From the NCBI RefSeq assembly GCF_004010195.1, contig NC_057718.1, positions 3,688,917 to 3,752,916 on the forward strand: a stretch of 64,000 nt of DNA. The letters run 5' to 3'. Each line of letters starts with the position of its first letter. Position 1 is the first letter of the stretch. Below the pieces are notes generated by a model. That model saw only the letters and a program-made list of their open reading frames with translations. It did not search any database and was not told the origin of the DNA. Position numbers and translations under genes: made by a program. Of this stretch, positions 12,628 through 25,400 are shown piece by piece. Source of the stretch: Chiloscyllium plagiosum (lineage: Eukaryota).

Positions 12628-15020
12628 TCAAAAGGCACACAATGTTTGCAACTCTCCATTCTTTTGGTACTTCTCCTGAGTTAAGAGAGGGCTAAGAGAT
12701 TACCCCAATGTCTTCACAATTTCCTCTTTCGCTTCATTGAGAATCATTGGTTGCAACTCATCTGGTCCTAGTATCTTGTCAAATTGGAGAAATGATAGCT
12801 TATTCAATAACTTCTCATCAATTCCCAAACGATTTATCACCTGCTTTGTCATTACGTCTTCAGCTGCAATTGTGTTATGAAAATGCTGGAAGATTTCAAC
12901 TGAAGGAAGCTTTGTGCTGAATTGTCACATCGGTTTGAGATGGGCATCGTGGTATGTTATTTCCATTGGTAATTATCTGAACATCTAGCTCCATAACAGG
13001 AAGACAATCACAATCAGACTGTATGTATGTCGATGGCAGCAGGTGTACCCAGCAGTCCCTGCGGTTGAGGAGCTCCCTGTCCTGCCAGCCCAGTATTTTG
13101 TAATATGCACGAGTGGCACGGCCGTTAGACCATGTGCTGCACATGCACATTGCCGATTCTGTCATGCCAGGGTTTTGTTTCTCTTCCCCGGGTGTTTCTG
13201 AATGAAATGACAGGAAGAGTCCAGGAAGCAGGGTCAGCCAGAGGTCAGGTGAGGGGAAAATTCCTTAACACCATGCTGCTTCCGCAGAGCTTTTCAGGGC
13301 CAATGTTTCCAACAGAAACAGAGATTAGGAGAAGGAGGCGGCATTTCCAACCTGCTCCTCCATTCATTATGGTCAGGGCGCATCATCCATGGGTTGTATC
13401 CAACACAGAATCACACAGCATGGAGACAGACCCTTTGGTCCAACTATTCCATGTTGTCCATGATCCCAAAGTAAACTTATCCAACTTGCCTCCATTTATC
13501 CCACATCCCTTCAAACATGATATTGTAAATGTACCTGTATCCACCACTTTTTGTCCTGTGCAAGATGGTAGCAGGGTAGGAGTCTCCAGTCGGAGCTCCT
13601 CTGCTCACAGTTCCTTTTGCCAGCTTTCTTTTTGTTTTCCCCTCTTTCTTTCCCCTCTCTTATAGTACATATTTCCTTCTTCCTCCCTGCCTCCAACTTC
13701 AACCAACCCACTGGGAGTAAAGGAGTCACACACAGAGATCAGACGGGAGCTAAACACATCGGACATTTCCCACAGCAGCAGCAGCATGGAACAATGGAGT
13801 CACGGCAGCAGGAAATGCATGGGCCAAGCTGAGAACTAGAGCGACAGCCAGACTGACTCCCAGAGCAACAGCCAGGCCAGGTCCCAGAGGGACGGCCAGG
13901 CCGAGACCCAGAGGGACAGCCATACCGAGAACCAGACGGATGGCCGGGCCGATACCCAGAGGGACAGCCAGGCTGAGACCCAGAGGGACAGTCAGGCCAA
14001 GACCCAGAGGGACAGTCAGGCCAAGACCCAGAGGGAAGGCCAGGCAGAGACCCAGAGAAACGGCCAGGCCGAGACCCAGAGGGACAGCCATACCGAGACC
14101 CAGAGAGACCGCCGGGCCGAAACCCAGAGTAACAGCCAGGCCGAATCCCAGAGGAACAGCTATGCCGAGTCCCAGAGGGACAGCCAGACCGAGACCCAGA
14201 GGGACAGCCAGGCCAAGACTCAGAGGGACAGCCAGACCGAGACTCAGAGGGACAGCCAGGCCGAGACCCAGAGGGGCAGCCAGGCTGAGTCCCAGAGGGA
14301 CTGCTGGGCTGAGTACCTGAGTGACAGCCAGACCAAGACCCAGAGGGACAGCCAGGCTGAGACCCAGAGCAAACGCTGCACCGAGTACCTGATTGACAGC
14401 AAGACCAAGACTCAGAGCAGCTGCTGGGCCAAGTCCTGGAGCGACACACTACTCCAGAAGAGGCCCAGTTTGAGGGTTGGAGCAGAATGATTCAGTCTAT
14501 TGTAGACAAAGTGGCAACATGGGGAGGGTAGGAGATGCAACATGTTGATAACTGATCTGTGCAGTGGAGACCAGTGACAAAGGTCTTCTGCCCGACAACA
14601 ACTGTGTGATTGCTCACTGCACACTTGATGAAGGAGCAGTGCGACTTTTAACTTGTGATTAAAAAAAAAAAACCTGTTGGATTATAGTCTGATGTTGTGT
14701 GACTTCTGACTATGTCCACCCCAGTCTAACGCTGGCGCTGCCACATCATTGCTGGCTGAACAGCTTGTGAACGTGAATAGCTATAGCCAGAAGTCATTGG
14801 ATCTCTGGAAATTGAGGTGGAGGCTTTTTCTCTGCAATATAAGCTAATGAAGGCCCAAAGAAAGCCAGTTTATTTTCTCTTACCAGCTGCTGTAGCTGTT
14901 GGTTTTAAACGGAATTGGCAAATGCGTCATTCTACAAGGAAGTTGTAAACACCTGAAAAGAGAGAGAGTGAGACAGAGAGAGTGAGAGAGAGATGTCAAC
15001 AAACAGCAAATTCTGATGGA
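12628..15020 (+). repeat. Right arm of the inverted duplication, interrupted by about 13345-14575
   Basis: See left arm. Carries tacccagcagtccctgcgg at 13046 and a cag|gtgagg donor at 13249. Confidence 0.8.
13835..14430. repeat. 24-bp GC-rich minisatellite, about 24 copies (unit cccagagggacagccaggccgaga)
   Basis: Direct tandem periodicity of 24 nt, giving (GCPSGSRP)n and (RGTARPRP)n ORFs. Confidence 0.95.
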
Positions 15021-16228
15021 CATAACGTACATTCATTCACAGACAAGGAAACTGTCTGCAGAAATAGTTTGGGCTGTTTTTTAAAAAATACCTGAAAGAA
15101 AGACAATCCCAGTGGGGCAAGGAAATCCCATCAGAAGGTTGAATGCATTAAATTCTCTGAGTTCCTTAAATTTCTTGTTAATGAGGCTGATTCCTGAAAG
15201 TTAGACAATAATTATTATTCAGATTCCAATGGGAAATTGTTACAAATCCTAATATTGGAAACATTATCTCTACAAATACTTCATGTAGAGATTTTTTCAG
15301 TTTTCTCTGTGTCTTTTACTGACTGAGAGGGAGAAATTATGCAGCTGGTCCAACTGGAAGATTTCTTCTCTTTTGATCAAAAGAGAGGGATCTTTTTTTG
15401 CTGCTTTTCATCAGCTTGACAATTTTACTTCTCCTTAAGTATTGAAACAGTTCCATATTCCATCTTTTCATAGTTCATGCACTTTTATGTCATCGTAATA
15501 TCGGTTTCTGTTCAGTATTTTTGTGACAGAACTTTAAAGGGTGGTTCTGATGTGACTTTACATGTTTAATGACTTTTTTCAACAAAAGAGAATACCCTCA
15601 CCTCTGACTGCTCCTCTGCACCCATTAGAACTGCACTTTTAAATAAAATTGTGTCCACTGCTCTTATTTCTCCATCCAATCTGAGTATCCTCACATCTCT
15701 CAGCACTACATCTGATCTGCTATTAACTGCTCACTCCCCCACAATGGGGCAAGTAGAAGAGAAAGCCCCTGGAACAAACTGAGCTAGAATGGGGTCTGAA
15801 GCCGGGCTCTCAGTAACATTCAACACGAAGCTTCAGGTAAATATGTTGTAAACTCCCAGAATATTATGATCACTCTTCCCTAGTCAAATGGCTCAGATGG
15901 CTGGAATATAATGCAGAATAATGACAACATCTCAGCTTCAATCCCAGTCTCAGCTGTGGGAGCTCATTGAGAGCAAGCTCCTCCCCTTTTCCCAGGATAA
16001 AGCTCCACTTTTCTCACAAAATCCTCCTCCCATTGTCAAAAAATATCCCTTTTCTCCCCAAACCCTGACCAACATTGAACCTGTGCTCAAATTCCTCCCC
16101 ACAGTGAATCAATCCCCAAGATCACTCTCCATCACCACCTCAATCTTCTTGATCACAAACTGATTTCCAATTCATTTGTTTTACACAAGGTTACTATTGG
16201 AGATGATTGCCGTGTAAACTCTACTTAC

Positions 16229-16570
16229 TGTCTACAATGAGCAGGCTTCCTCTCTCATAGATCTTTCCCCAGACTGAGCAGTAATAGAACCCAGGGTCAC
16301 TGGGCTGCACGATTGTGATGGTCAGAATGAAGCTGTTACTGAAGGGGTCTATGGAAGGCTGGAAATGCTTGGTGAGTCTGGGCTCCATTGTGTTTGATTA
16401 AAAATGTAATGTTCCAAAATCTACTCTCTGTGACACCTTCATTGCTTACGGTAACAATAAACATCACTGTGTGTCACAGCGGTGTTCCTCACAGTGCACT
16501 GTAACTGGGAAGCGTGACCCTCGTTGACATGTTCCAGGATCGGAGACTGGAGAGGGACTGGACAGATGTA
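16229..16570 (-). pseudogene. Germline-joined VJ exon pseudogene, subfamily A, copy 2
   Basis: PVPLQSPILEHVNEGHASQLQCTVRNTAVTHSDVYCYRKQ*...NSFILTITIVQPSDPGFYYCSVWGKIYERGSLLIVD then a|gtaagt. Two stops and a frameshift. Confidence 0.93.
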
Positions 16571-16720
16571 CTTTCAAAATAAAAAGACACAAAAAATGAA
16601 CAGTAAACTGATTGTTCTAAACTCCTGCCAGGATTTTAAGGGAGTCTCCCAGCAGTCTGAGTCCTGCATTACAGAGAGGGAACAGGTTGTCAGACTGAAC
16701 CAGCTGTGATGGTTTGTTCC

Positions 16721-16865
16721 TTGTTGTGGTTCTGTTCGCCGAGCTGGAAGTTTTTGTTGCAAACATTTCGTCCCCTGGCTAGGCGACATCATCAGTGCTT
16801 GGGAGCCTCCTGCGAAGCGCTTCTTTGATGTTTCCTCCGGTGTTTATAGTGGTCTGTCCCTGCCA
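16721..16865 (-). mobile_element. Penelope-like terminal repeat with minimal hammerhead motif; it replaces the leader region of V copy 2
   Basis: Minus strand gcaCTGATGAtgtcgcctagccaggggacGAAAtgtttgc. Similarity to copy A jumps from about 572 to about 2172 across this element. Confidence 0.65.
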
Positions 16866-16889
16866 CCCCAGGAATCTGGAGGTGATTGG

Positions 16890-19080
16890 AACCATTTAAA
16901 AATCAATAATTTCCTGACTGAAAATCAGAAACCTGCCCACGCAGCCACTGCTGCCTGACACAAAAGCAAAACAGGAAAAGTGGCTGAACCATGACTTACA
17001 CGGCAAATTAGAGACAATATGAGATCCAAGGAAGAGGCAAACAAATTGGCCTGGAAATAACAGCCCTGACAAGTGATTGATTAATGATTGATTAAGGAAG
17101 AAGAAATAATGCATGAGAGTCAGCTTGAGGGGAACATGAAAACTGACCGTAAAGGTTTCTGCAGGAATGCAAAGAGAAAAAGATTTTTGAAGACTGCAAG
17201 GGACCTCCATGAAGGAATTTATAATGGAGAACAAAAAGTGGCTGATGAACAAAATACAATCTTTGAATCTGTGTTCACAAAGGACGCAGGCAAAATATCA
17301 GAAATATTCAAAAAGTCAGGGTTAAGTGAGAGGGAGAAACTGAAGGAAATCAGGATGACAAGAAAATGATGCTGGGAAAATTTCTGGGATTTCAGGATGG
17401 CAAATCCCCAGGCTGATAACCAGCTTTGCAGAGCGCTTAAGGAAGTTTCTGTAATAATAGTGAATTCATTGGTGATCGAGTCATAGAGTCGTAAATTGCA
17501 GAAAAGGCCTTTCATGCAGTTGATGCTGTACTGACAATAACCAACAATAAATGCACTATAATCCCAATTTCCTGCACGTCTCCTATATCCTTGGTCATTT
17601 TCCAAGTTAATACAAACTCCAGAACAGTTCCATTGAGATGAGAGGCTAGCTAATGTAACCCCACTGTGTAATAAAGGGAGGCAGAGAGAAAAGAAAGAAT
17701 AATAGAGCAGTCAGTCTGACATTGATCATGGGGAAAAAGTTTGAATCTATTGTAAAAAGATTCATAGAGCGAATGGAAAATTGAGTCAGCAGGGCTTTAT
17801 GACAAGGAAATCAAGCTTGACAAATCCACTGGAATTCTTTGTTGATGATGGGGATATTGTTTATTTGAACTACAGAAAGCTTTTGAGAAAGTCCCACAAA
17901 AGAAATTTAAATAAAGTGCAGAGGATTGGAGGGAGTTAAGTGATGTGAATAAAGGACTGATTAGCAGATAAGAAAGAAAGAGTTAGAATAATTGAGTGTT
18001 TTTATGACTGGCAGCCAGATGGGTATTGTGGGGATCAGTGCTAGCACCCCAGCTATTCACAACATACATTAATGATTTCAATGAGGGAACTAAACGTAAT
18101 GACTAAATATAATTTTCAGATGACACAAACTTGGGTGAGAGGGAGAGCTGCAAATAGGATGCAGAGATGCTGCAGTGTGAGTTGGACAGGCTGAGTGAGT
18201 GGGTATATGCATGGCAGCTACAGGATAATATGGATAAATGTGAGATTATACCCGTTGGTACAAAAACAGGAAGGCAGGTTTATCATCTGAATGGTGATAG
18301 ATTGGGAAAAAGGGGAGGTGCAATGAGACCTGGGTGTCGTTGTACATCAGTCACTGAAAGGAAGTGTGTGGGTGCAACAAGCAGTGAAGAAGGCAAATGG
18401 GATGTTGGCCTCAAAGATTCAAGTAGAGTACATCACAGGAAAGGGCCTGTATCAACACATTTCTGAAACAAAAACCATTTGCCTTTACACGGGCTGTTGA
18501 GTAAATATTGCAATTTCAGGCTTCTTTAGCTTCTCATTATTTCTTTGATATAATAATTTTCACCCTTCCTCAAAGTTGATTTATCTTACTGTGAGTGTCC
18601 AACAGTAACTGCTTGACCCCAGATTAATCATTCAGATTGTTCCCCTTGTCATGTCAGGGAGATTGTGTCTAGTTTACACAGGACTGGAGAAGAACTTGGA
18701 GAGGGAGGAGAAGGATCCACTCATCATTGTCTATGTTGGGACCAATGATACTGGGAGCACAAGAAAGGAGGTCTCACTGAAAGACTGTGACCAATTGGGA
18801 GCTAAATGATAAAGCAGAATCTCCAAGGTAAGAATCTCTGGATTACTGCCTGAGCCACAACAAACTGACACAAGGTAAATACAGTCAAGCAGTTCAACAC
18901 ATGGCTCAGAGTTCAGTCTGAGTGGAATGGGTTTCAGTTTGTGTGGCACTGGCACCAGTACTGGGGTAAAAGGGGGCTGTTCTTCTGTGTCAGGCTTCAC
19001 TTGAACCCTGTTGGGATGAGTGCCCCTGATGAATTGAATAACTAGGGCTGGAGAGAGGATTTTCAACTAATTAGAAGGGG
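16890..19080 (+). mobile_element. CR1 ORF2 and ORF1 remnants (paralogs of 2200-4890)
   Basis: LQCELDRLSEWVYAWQ and a VGTND-like motif. Confidence 0.85.
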
Positions 19081-20356
19081 GCAGGATTCAGGAGAAAGTG
19101 CTGGGGGCTGACAAAGCAAGAGGAGACAGCAGCTACATTAACCAGAATGGGACAGGAACAGACAGAGGATACTAACACAGAAAAACAGCAGTGAACAGGG
19201 TCACCAGGGGAAATAATGTTAAAAAGGCAAAGTTAATGTGTTTATTTTTCTGCATATAGTATTCTGAACAAAATAACTGAAATAACGGCCTGATTTCCGG
19301 TGAACGTAGAATTGTGAAGAAGAGTCAGATCAAACATGTAACATTCACTCTGTTTCCCTCTTGGCAGATTCTGCCAGACATCCTGAGTTTCTCCAGCATT
19401 CTCTGTATTTGGTTCAGGTTTCCATCATCTGCAGTATTTTGATCATCTCAACAGAGTGACAGCCCTGTTTCTCCACACAGTTTATTGTACGTTCAGTTAA
19501 AACAACGCAACATAAAGTGTCCCAACCAACAACAGCTTCTTTAATGTCTCATTTCTCAGAAGTTCAAGAAGTTAAAGTGTTAGTAAAGGGGAAGCAGTGA
19601 CAATGAACCAACCGCTGCTGTCTTCTGAGGGAGGATACTAGTGGCTGGATTTTCTAAATGTGGCCCAGAAAGGTTTATTTCAGGCGTGATGGTAATTACT
19701 TATTTGTTGCAAGTTCCTCACAACCAGTCACCTAAACTTCGAGAATTCACACATTTGCTGCGACCCTGTGAATGCTCAAAACATTTATTAAAAAAACACA
19801 GTTCCCAAACCCCCAACTTTACAACAACTGCCATTTATGTAGCTGTGTGTACTCAGTAAAATGATGGCAAAACGTTTCAAAAGTGAGGAAATGAACAAAT
19901 GTTAACACCAATAAAGAAATGTGGTCGCAAGACAATAAACCAAAACATTTGATTAAAAAACTGAAATTGCTGGAGAAACTCAGCAGGTCTGGCAGTGTCT
20001 GTGGGGAGAGAAACAGAGTTAATGTTTTCAGTTCAGTGTGACTCTGCTTCAGAAACTTGATCAAATGGTTTGGTCTGAAGCAGCGTCTGAAAGGGAAAAG
20101 GACAATGGAGAAATGAGACAGTTTTAACTGGAGAATCCTTGAAAATAGATCCAGGGATCACAATGTGTGATTAACCCATGGCCAATCACTGTAGTCTCAG
20201 CTGGAGATCACCAAGCAGAATACAGGATTAGTTAAATACAGAGCCAGAAATTACTTCTCAGCAACCTGTGAGGGTGTGCTGGACCACAGGGTGGGGTTTG
20301 ATCCCTGACCTTGTGGTTCATAGTTAGGGACACTGCTAGCATGCCACAGCCCCCTG

Positions 20357-20664
20357 GTTAGATTCAATTCCCTATAGTGTGAAAACAGGCCCTTCGGCCC
20401 AACAAGTCTACACTGACCCTCTGAAGAGCAACCCAGACAGACCCATTCCTCTACATTCACCCCTGACTAATGCACCTAACACTATGGGCAATTTACCATG
20501 GCCAATTCACCTAACATGCACATCTTTGGACGGTGGGAGGAAACCCACGTAGACATGGGGAGAATGTGCAAACTCCACACAGACAGTTGCCCAAGGTGGG
20601 AATCGAACCCGGGTCCCTGGCGCCATGAGGCAGCAGTGCTAACCACTGAGCCACCGTGCCACCC
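20357..20664 (-). mobile_element. HE1-type tRNA-derived SINE
   Basis: Minus strand gggtggcacggTGGCTCAGTGGttagcactgctgcc...GGTTCGATTCC (Pol III A and B boxes) with the V-SINE core. Absent at the paralogous site (about 6170). Confidence 0.9.
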
Positions 20665-21529
20665 TGATTCTGATATTGGTCACACATCTCAAGGGCAGCA
20701 GCTTCTCTCAGACAAATGGTTTGAGCCATTTGTCATTTCTGTTTCTGTTCATTCCAAGGCAGTTGTTGATAACACATGAATACACAGTGGGTTAGGGTGA
20801 TATGGGAGGGGAAAACTTTGTCACCTCAAATGTGCACAAGCTGCCAGCAGCTCCTGGTCAGACTTTTCAATTATTTAGCTCAAAAACACAGACACACAGT
20901 TTAATGGTCAGATAATTAATTTTTTTATTCAGCAATTGGTTGTATCAGTGAAATCAAGCACAATTGAAAATATCTGCTGAACTCGCTCTGTCAAAACATA
21001 ATTGACAAAGATAAACAAGAAGAAAATACCCAAACCACAGGCAATATCTGTTGTACCCTGTTGCTCATGATGTCATTTTCCAGTCTCTTACTACAACATT
21101 TGAAAGCCATATTAGGTCAAAATGTAGAAGCTGATGAGTAGATTGGCTCAAACCTGATTGAATAAGAACACCTTGCAGTTTTATTGGGCATTTAACACAG
21201 GAAACCTTGCATGGTTTCTCACATGGAGTCACATGGGGAGATATTAGTCTGGGTGACATTCCACAATGGCAGCTGAGATGAGGAGGAATTTCATCAGCTA
21301 GAGGGTGATGAATCTGTGGAACTCAATACACAGAGAGCTGTAGAGGCCAAGTCATTGAGTGTATTTAAGACTGAGATAGATAGATAGATTTTGGATCAGT
21401 AAGGGGGTCAAAGGTTATTTGGAGTGGCCAGGTGAATGAGGTTGAGAAAAATGTGAGCCATGATGGCGAACCAGGCTCGATGGGCCAAATGGCCTCATTC
21501 TGCTCCTACATCTTATGGTCTTATAGATT

Positions 21530-21707
21530 AAACTGAGGGGCAGTAATTGTTTGGGTGTAGCCCTCCACATTGCAGGTGGAGTTGGCTGCATCACTGGGCT
21601 GCACATTTGTAATGGGCAGAATGAAGCTGTTCTTGGAGGGCTCTCTGGAAGGTTAAAATGAAGCAGGAAAACTGGAGGACTTCCTGGTGAATTACTTCTG
21701 GAATGAG
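21530..21707 (-). pseudogene. 3' half of a subfamily B V exon (copy 2), truncated by the ERV
   Basis: SSFPASF*PSREPSKNSFILPITNVQPSDAANSTCNVEG; paralog of 7035-7210. Confidence 0.8.
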
Positions 21708-23889
21708 GATGCTGTCATTGTTTATAAAAGGGGGGAGACAGCTGCTATACATTCCTTGGGGAACCCAGGATCTGGAAATGCTGAGAAATGGGTTGCCAAG
21801 TTTACATGATGGAGTAGGAACTTGGATTAGAGCCTTTGAATATGAAACCACATGGCAGTTGTTGGCTGTGGGGGATTTGAAGGCACTGCTAATACAGGTG
21901 GTGTGACTCCTGAAATTAAGGGAGATAATTGACTGAGCCCACCTGAAGCATGTTGTGAACAATCCGATGATTGATGGTGTTGGGTTTTATTGAGTAAGAC
22001 AAAGGTTATGGCAGGCCCTTAGACTGTAACCCACCTAAGGTTGATCCCAAAGCCTCTGGGAGACACTGAAAAGCCAGCAGCCAATTTGGACAACCAGTTG
22101 AAAAGTTGGAGGCTTGAAATAGAACAAGTTGTGGAAGGTAGTCAACTGTTAACCGCAATTGCTACTGTTGAGGCAATGCCCCTCAAGTCAAATCTAAGTT
22201 AGAGGAGGTAGTGGGTCTGACGTCCAGGAATTTAGAAATCATGTAGTCCATGCAGTCTAAAGATACTGGATAGACAAAAAGAGGCTGGCTGAACAGCAGG
22301 AGGCGGTGCAAAGGAAGTTGACATTGTTACACCTTGAGGATCCTAAAAAGAAAGAAAGAGAGATAAGCGAGACCACCTTGCCTGTGACATCTGGGTTGAT
22401 CGATACTAATGCAATGAAAACCATACTGGTCCAGGGAGATCCCCTCTAAAGCCACCTGGCAAGGGCCACAGAACCCCATGCTGATACACGTTTTTGGAGG
22501 GACTTTTCCACAAGTACCATACCAAGGGCAAAACAAAATTAATCAACAGCTTAGATGGAACTGGGGTCTCCAAGGACAGGAACGGAGAGGTGGGGGTGGG
22601 GGAGCCAAAGGGTATGTTGGGAAGTCAGATTCAGAGAGGATCAGGAGTAGTGTGTTGGGGGTGTAATCGACTAGGCCATTTGAAGAGAGATTGTCCATAT
22701 TGGCCTGCGCCCTCCTGGCCCTAGGGAGGATCTAGGAGTCAGGAACATCCAGCTGTCCTGCCGTAACTCCCTGCTGACCTGATGGGGCCTGTAAATCCAT
22801 ATGGGGTGCCAAAAAAACCAAGTGGGAAGGGGCTATACCTTATGATGACAAGGGAGGCTGAACAGGAACCTATTTTACAGGTTAATGGAGAAGGACAGCC
22901 GACGTCTATGATGATAGATACTGGAGTTATGTATACTTGTGTGCAACAGCAGTATGCCTCCCACCTTCCCATGCCAGGCAAATGTATTAAGATTGTAGGG
23001 TTTTCAGGTTGACTGCAGTTGACAAGGTTTACAACTCCTGTGAGTTTACAAATGTATAATAAGTCATTTTGCCTTTATTAGTCTCTAGGGGGACACCAAT
23101 TAATTTGCTAGGTAGGAACACTTTATTGAAGTTAGAATTAGAATTGGAATGTATTCATAAGGGATTTAGTGTAGACAGAGCGAATTCTCAGTTAGTGTTG
23201 CAGGGCGCCAGGGAGGCCAATGTATATTGGATAGGCGACATAGATGGTTATATTTGGGGAATTTGGGAAAAATGGGAGTACAGACACTTTAGCTTTATTG
23301 CCTTTGGCTCAGCCACCCTAGTCTGAGCTGCATTGTACAGTAATGTTTGACGAGATTTTATGTGAAGTCTTAGGGGAGCAGTGGCACTGTGAGGTTGTCA
23401 CCCCACAGCATTTATAGAGTGTACCTATAGTGATAAGGAAGTGAAGGGGCTTCCAGAAGAGCAATGAGGCTCCCATATAACATTGTTAGCAGATTGCTTA
23501 GTTGGCGACCGCATTGATGATGCCTGCAGCATTAGCTATTATACAGTGTCAGGCAGACAAGATAGGTAGTGATTTAGTGGTCAAGGGTAATCAGGCAACA
23601 GATGAAGTGGTTAGACTGGCTTCTGGGTGCCCTTCGGCTGTCATTGCACCCCAGGTGTGCTTAGCTCCGGGGCCAACCATAGCCGACATCATTGCAATGC
23701 ATGGGGAGGCAACCTTAGCAGAGCAGCTGTTGTGAGGACAAATCGAGGCCAGGTGTAACCAGGAGGGCGTGCAGTGCACAGAGGAAGGTTTGTGGGTGGC
23801 ACCTACCCCTTTGTTGACCATTCTTATCTCAGACACTCATAAGTTAGGTCACTGTACTTGAGGCGAAGTGCTGAGAAAGATAATTAGGG

Positions 23890-24275
23890 ATGACCAGACA
23901 AAAGATGGAAAAGTATAGGCCAATTAGCCTAACCTCGGTTATACGTAAAATTCTAGAATCCATCTAGGGTCGGATTAGAACAAGTCAGCATGGATTTAGT
24001 AAGGGAAGGTGGTGCCTGATAAACCTGTTAGGATTCTTTGAAGAGGTAACAAGTAGGTTAGACCAGGGAAACTCAGTGGATGTTGTCTATCTAGACTTCA
24101 AAAAGGCCTTTGATAAGGTGCCTCACGGGAGGCTGCTGAGTAAGGTGAGGGCCCATGGTGTTCGAGGCGAGCTACTGGATTGGGTATTGGCTGTCTGACA
24201 GAAGGCAGAGAGTTGGGATGAAAGGTTCTTTTTCGGAATAGCAGCTGGTGACAAGTGGGGTCCCGCAGGGTTCAG
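23890..24275 (+). mobile_element. CR1 RT fragment nested in ERV pol
   Basis: cagcatggatttagtaaggg, YLDFKKAFDKVPH and VTSGVPQGS. Confidence 0.85.
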
Positions 24276-24938
24276 CTAACTATGATGCATGTGTCAATCC
24301 ACACAGGAAATACTGTGGGAGCCAGTGTCTGGTAACTGGAAGGGGCCTATTGTACCTGGTGATCAGGTGTATGTACGGGTTTTCCAGAGAAAGTGGAACG
24401 ACCTCAGGGGAGAGGGTCCCTTTACGGTAACCAGGGCGTCGCCTACTACCATTCAATTGGAGGGTCGATCCATGTGATATCATCTTAGTCACTGTATCCA
24501 GGTTCTCCCTCAGGCACAGATGGGCTCCAGGGTTGAGATTTGTGAGGGCTGAGAAGGGACTGCGATGGTTGAAAGGACATGTTGGGGCCTGTTACTCCTT
24601 TACATGGCCTTTAGTAGCCGGTGAGTGAGGCCTGTGGGGTGGTGGTGCCTCCGAGGACATCGGTGATGCGTTTGTGGAAGGAGACCTTTCTCTTGCTTGT
24701 ATGGCTGAGGATGGGTTGGGGGAGGTCACTAAGGCCTCCTCCCCAGTCCTGCACCTTTCTGCTGCTGTGCTGACTTGGGGGTCCATCGATTTGACAGACC
24801 TGGCAGTTCTCGCTCGGTTGTGCCAATGCCCTATCACAACTGACTATGCACCACCCTAAATGGGTATGTCCCTGATCCGGCAGTATACATTGTCTGTATA
24901 GATTCCCCAATACGTTCAAGGCCAGGAATGCAATTGCC

Positions 24939-25400
24939 ATGGGCTGGAAGTTGCTTATCCCTGCCACTAGGATTAGCAAAAATGCTGAGTGGATTAGTTA
25001 TATCTATATAAATCAGCAGAGATTTATTAATTACTCTGATGACGCCATCTCTGTGCTGGGTGAGGAATTGGATATGACCAGTTGGCTGGCGTTGCAGACA
25101 CAGAAGGCCTTGGACTGGTTGTTGGCTGAGGAAAGTGAGGTCTGTGTCCTGTTTGGGGAACATTGTTGTACCTTTATTCCCAATAATATTAGCCCGGAGG
25201 GATCTTTTACTCAGGCAAATGGGTAAGCTGTGGAATTTATGGGAGGAGCTTAAGGAGAATATGGGGTCCAGCCATCGGGTCTTTGGCTGGTTGGATGGTG
25301 TTTTCGGTGAATGGGGGATTTGGTTCACTATATCTGGGATTGTTACGGGGTTTGTCTCGCTTGTTGTTGCCGTTATCTGTGCTCTTCCTCTTGTTAAGTC
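24939..25400 (+). pseudogene. env: Retroviral env transmembrane subunit remnant
   Basis: WISYIYINQQRFINY...LQTQKALDWLLAEESEVCVLFGEHCCTFIPNN (immunosuppressive domain plus CX6CC), then a frameshifted hydrophobic TM segment. Confidence 0.9.

Larger units (their letters stand above)
16274..21707 (+). repeat. Segmental duplication unit, copy B
   Basis: Collinear with 145-7210. Confidence 0.9.

Noticed and set aside
13132-13665. 177-aa ORF
   Set aside because: It crosses the duplication arm into repeat-derived sequence and is not conserved in frame in the other arm.
13835-14430. CRISPR-like array
   Set aside because: Contiguous tandem units with no unique spacers, in a eukaryotic context.
20595-20664. 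tRNA gene
   Set aside because: The A and B boxes belong to the head of an HE1 SINE, with the SINE body attached.
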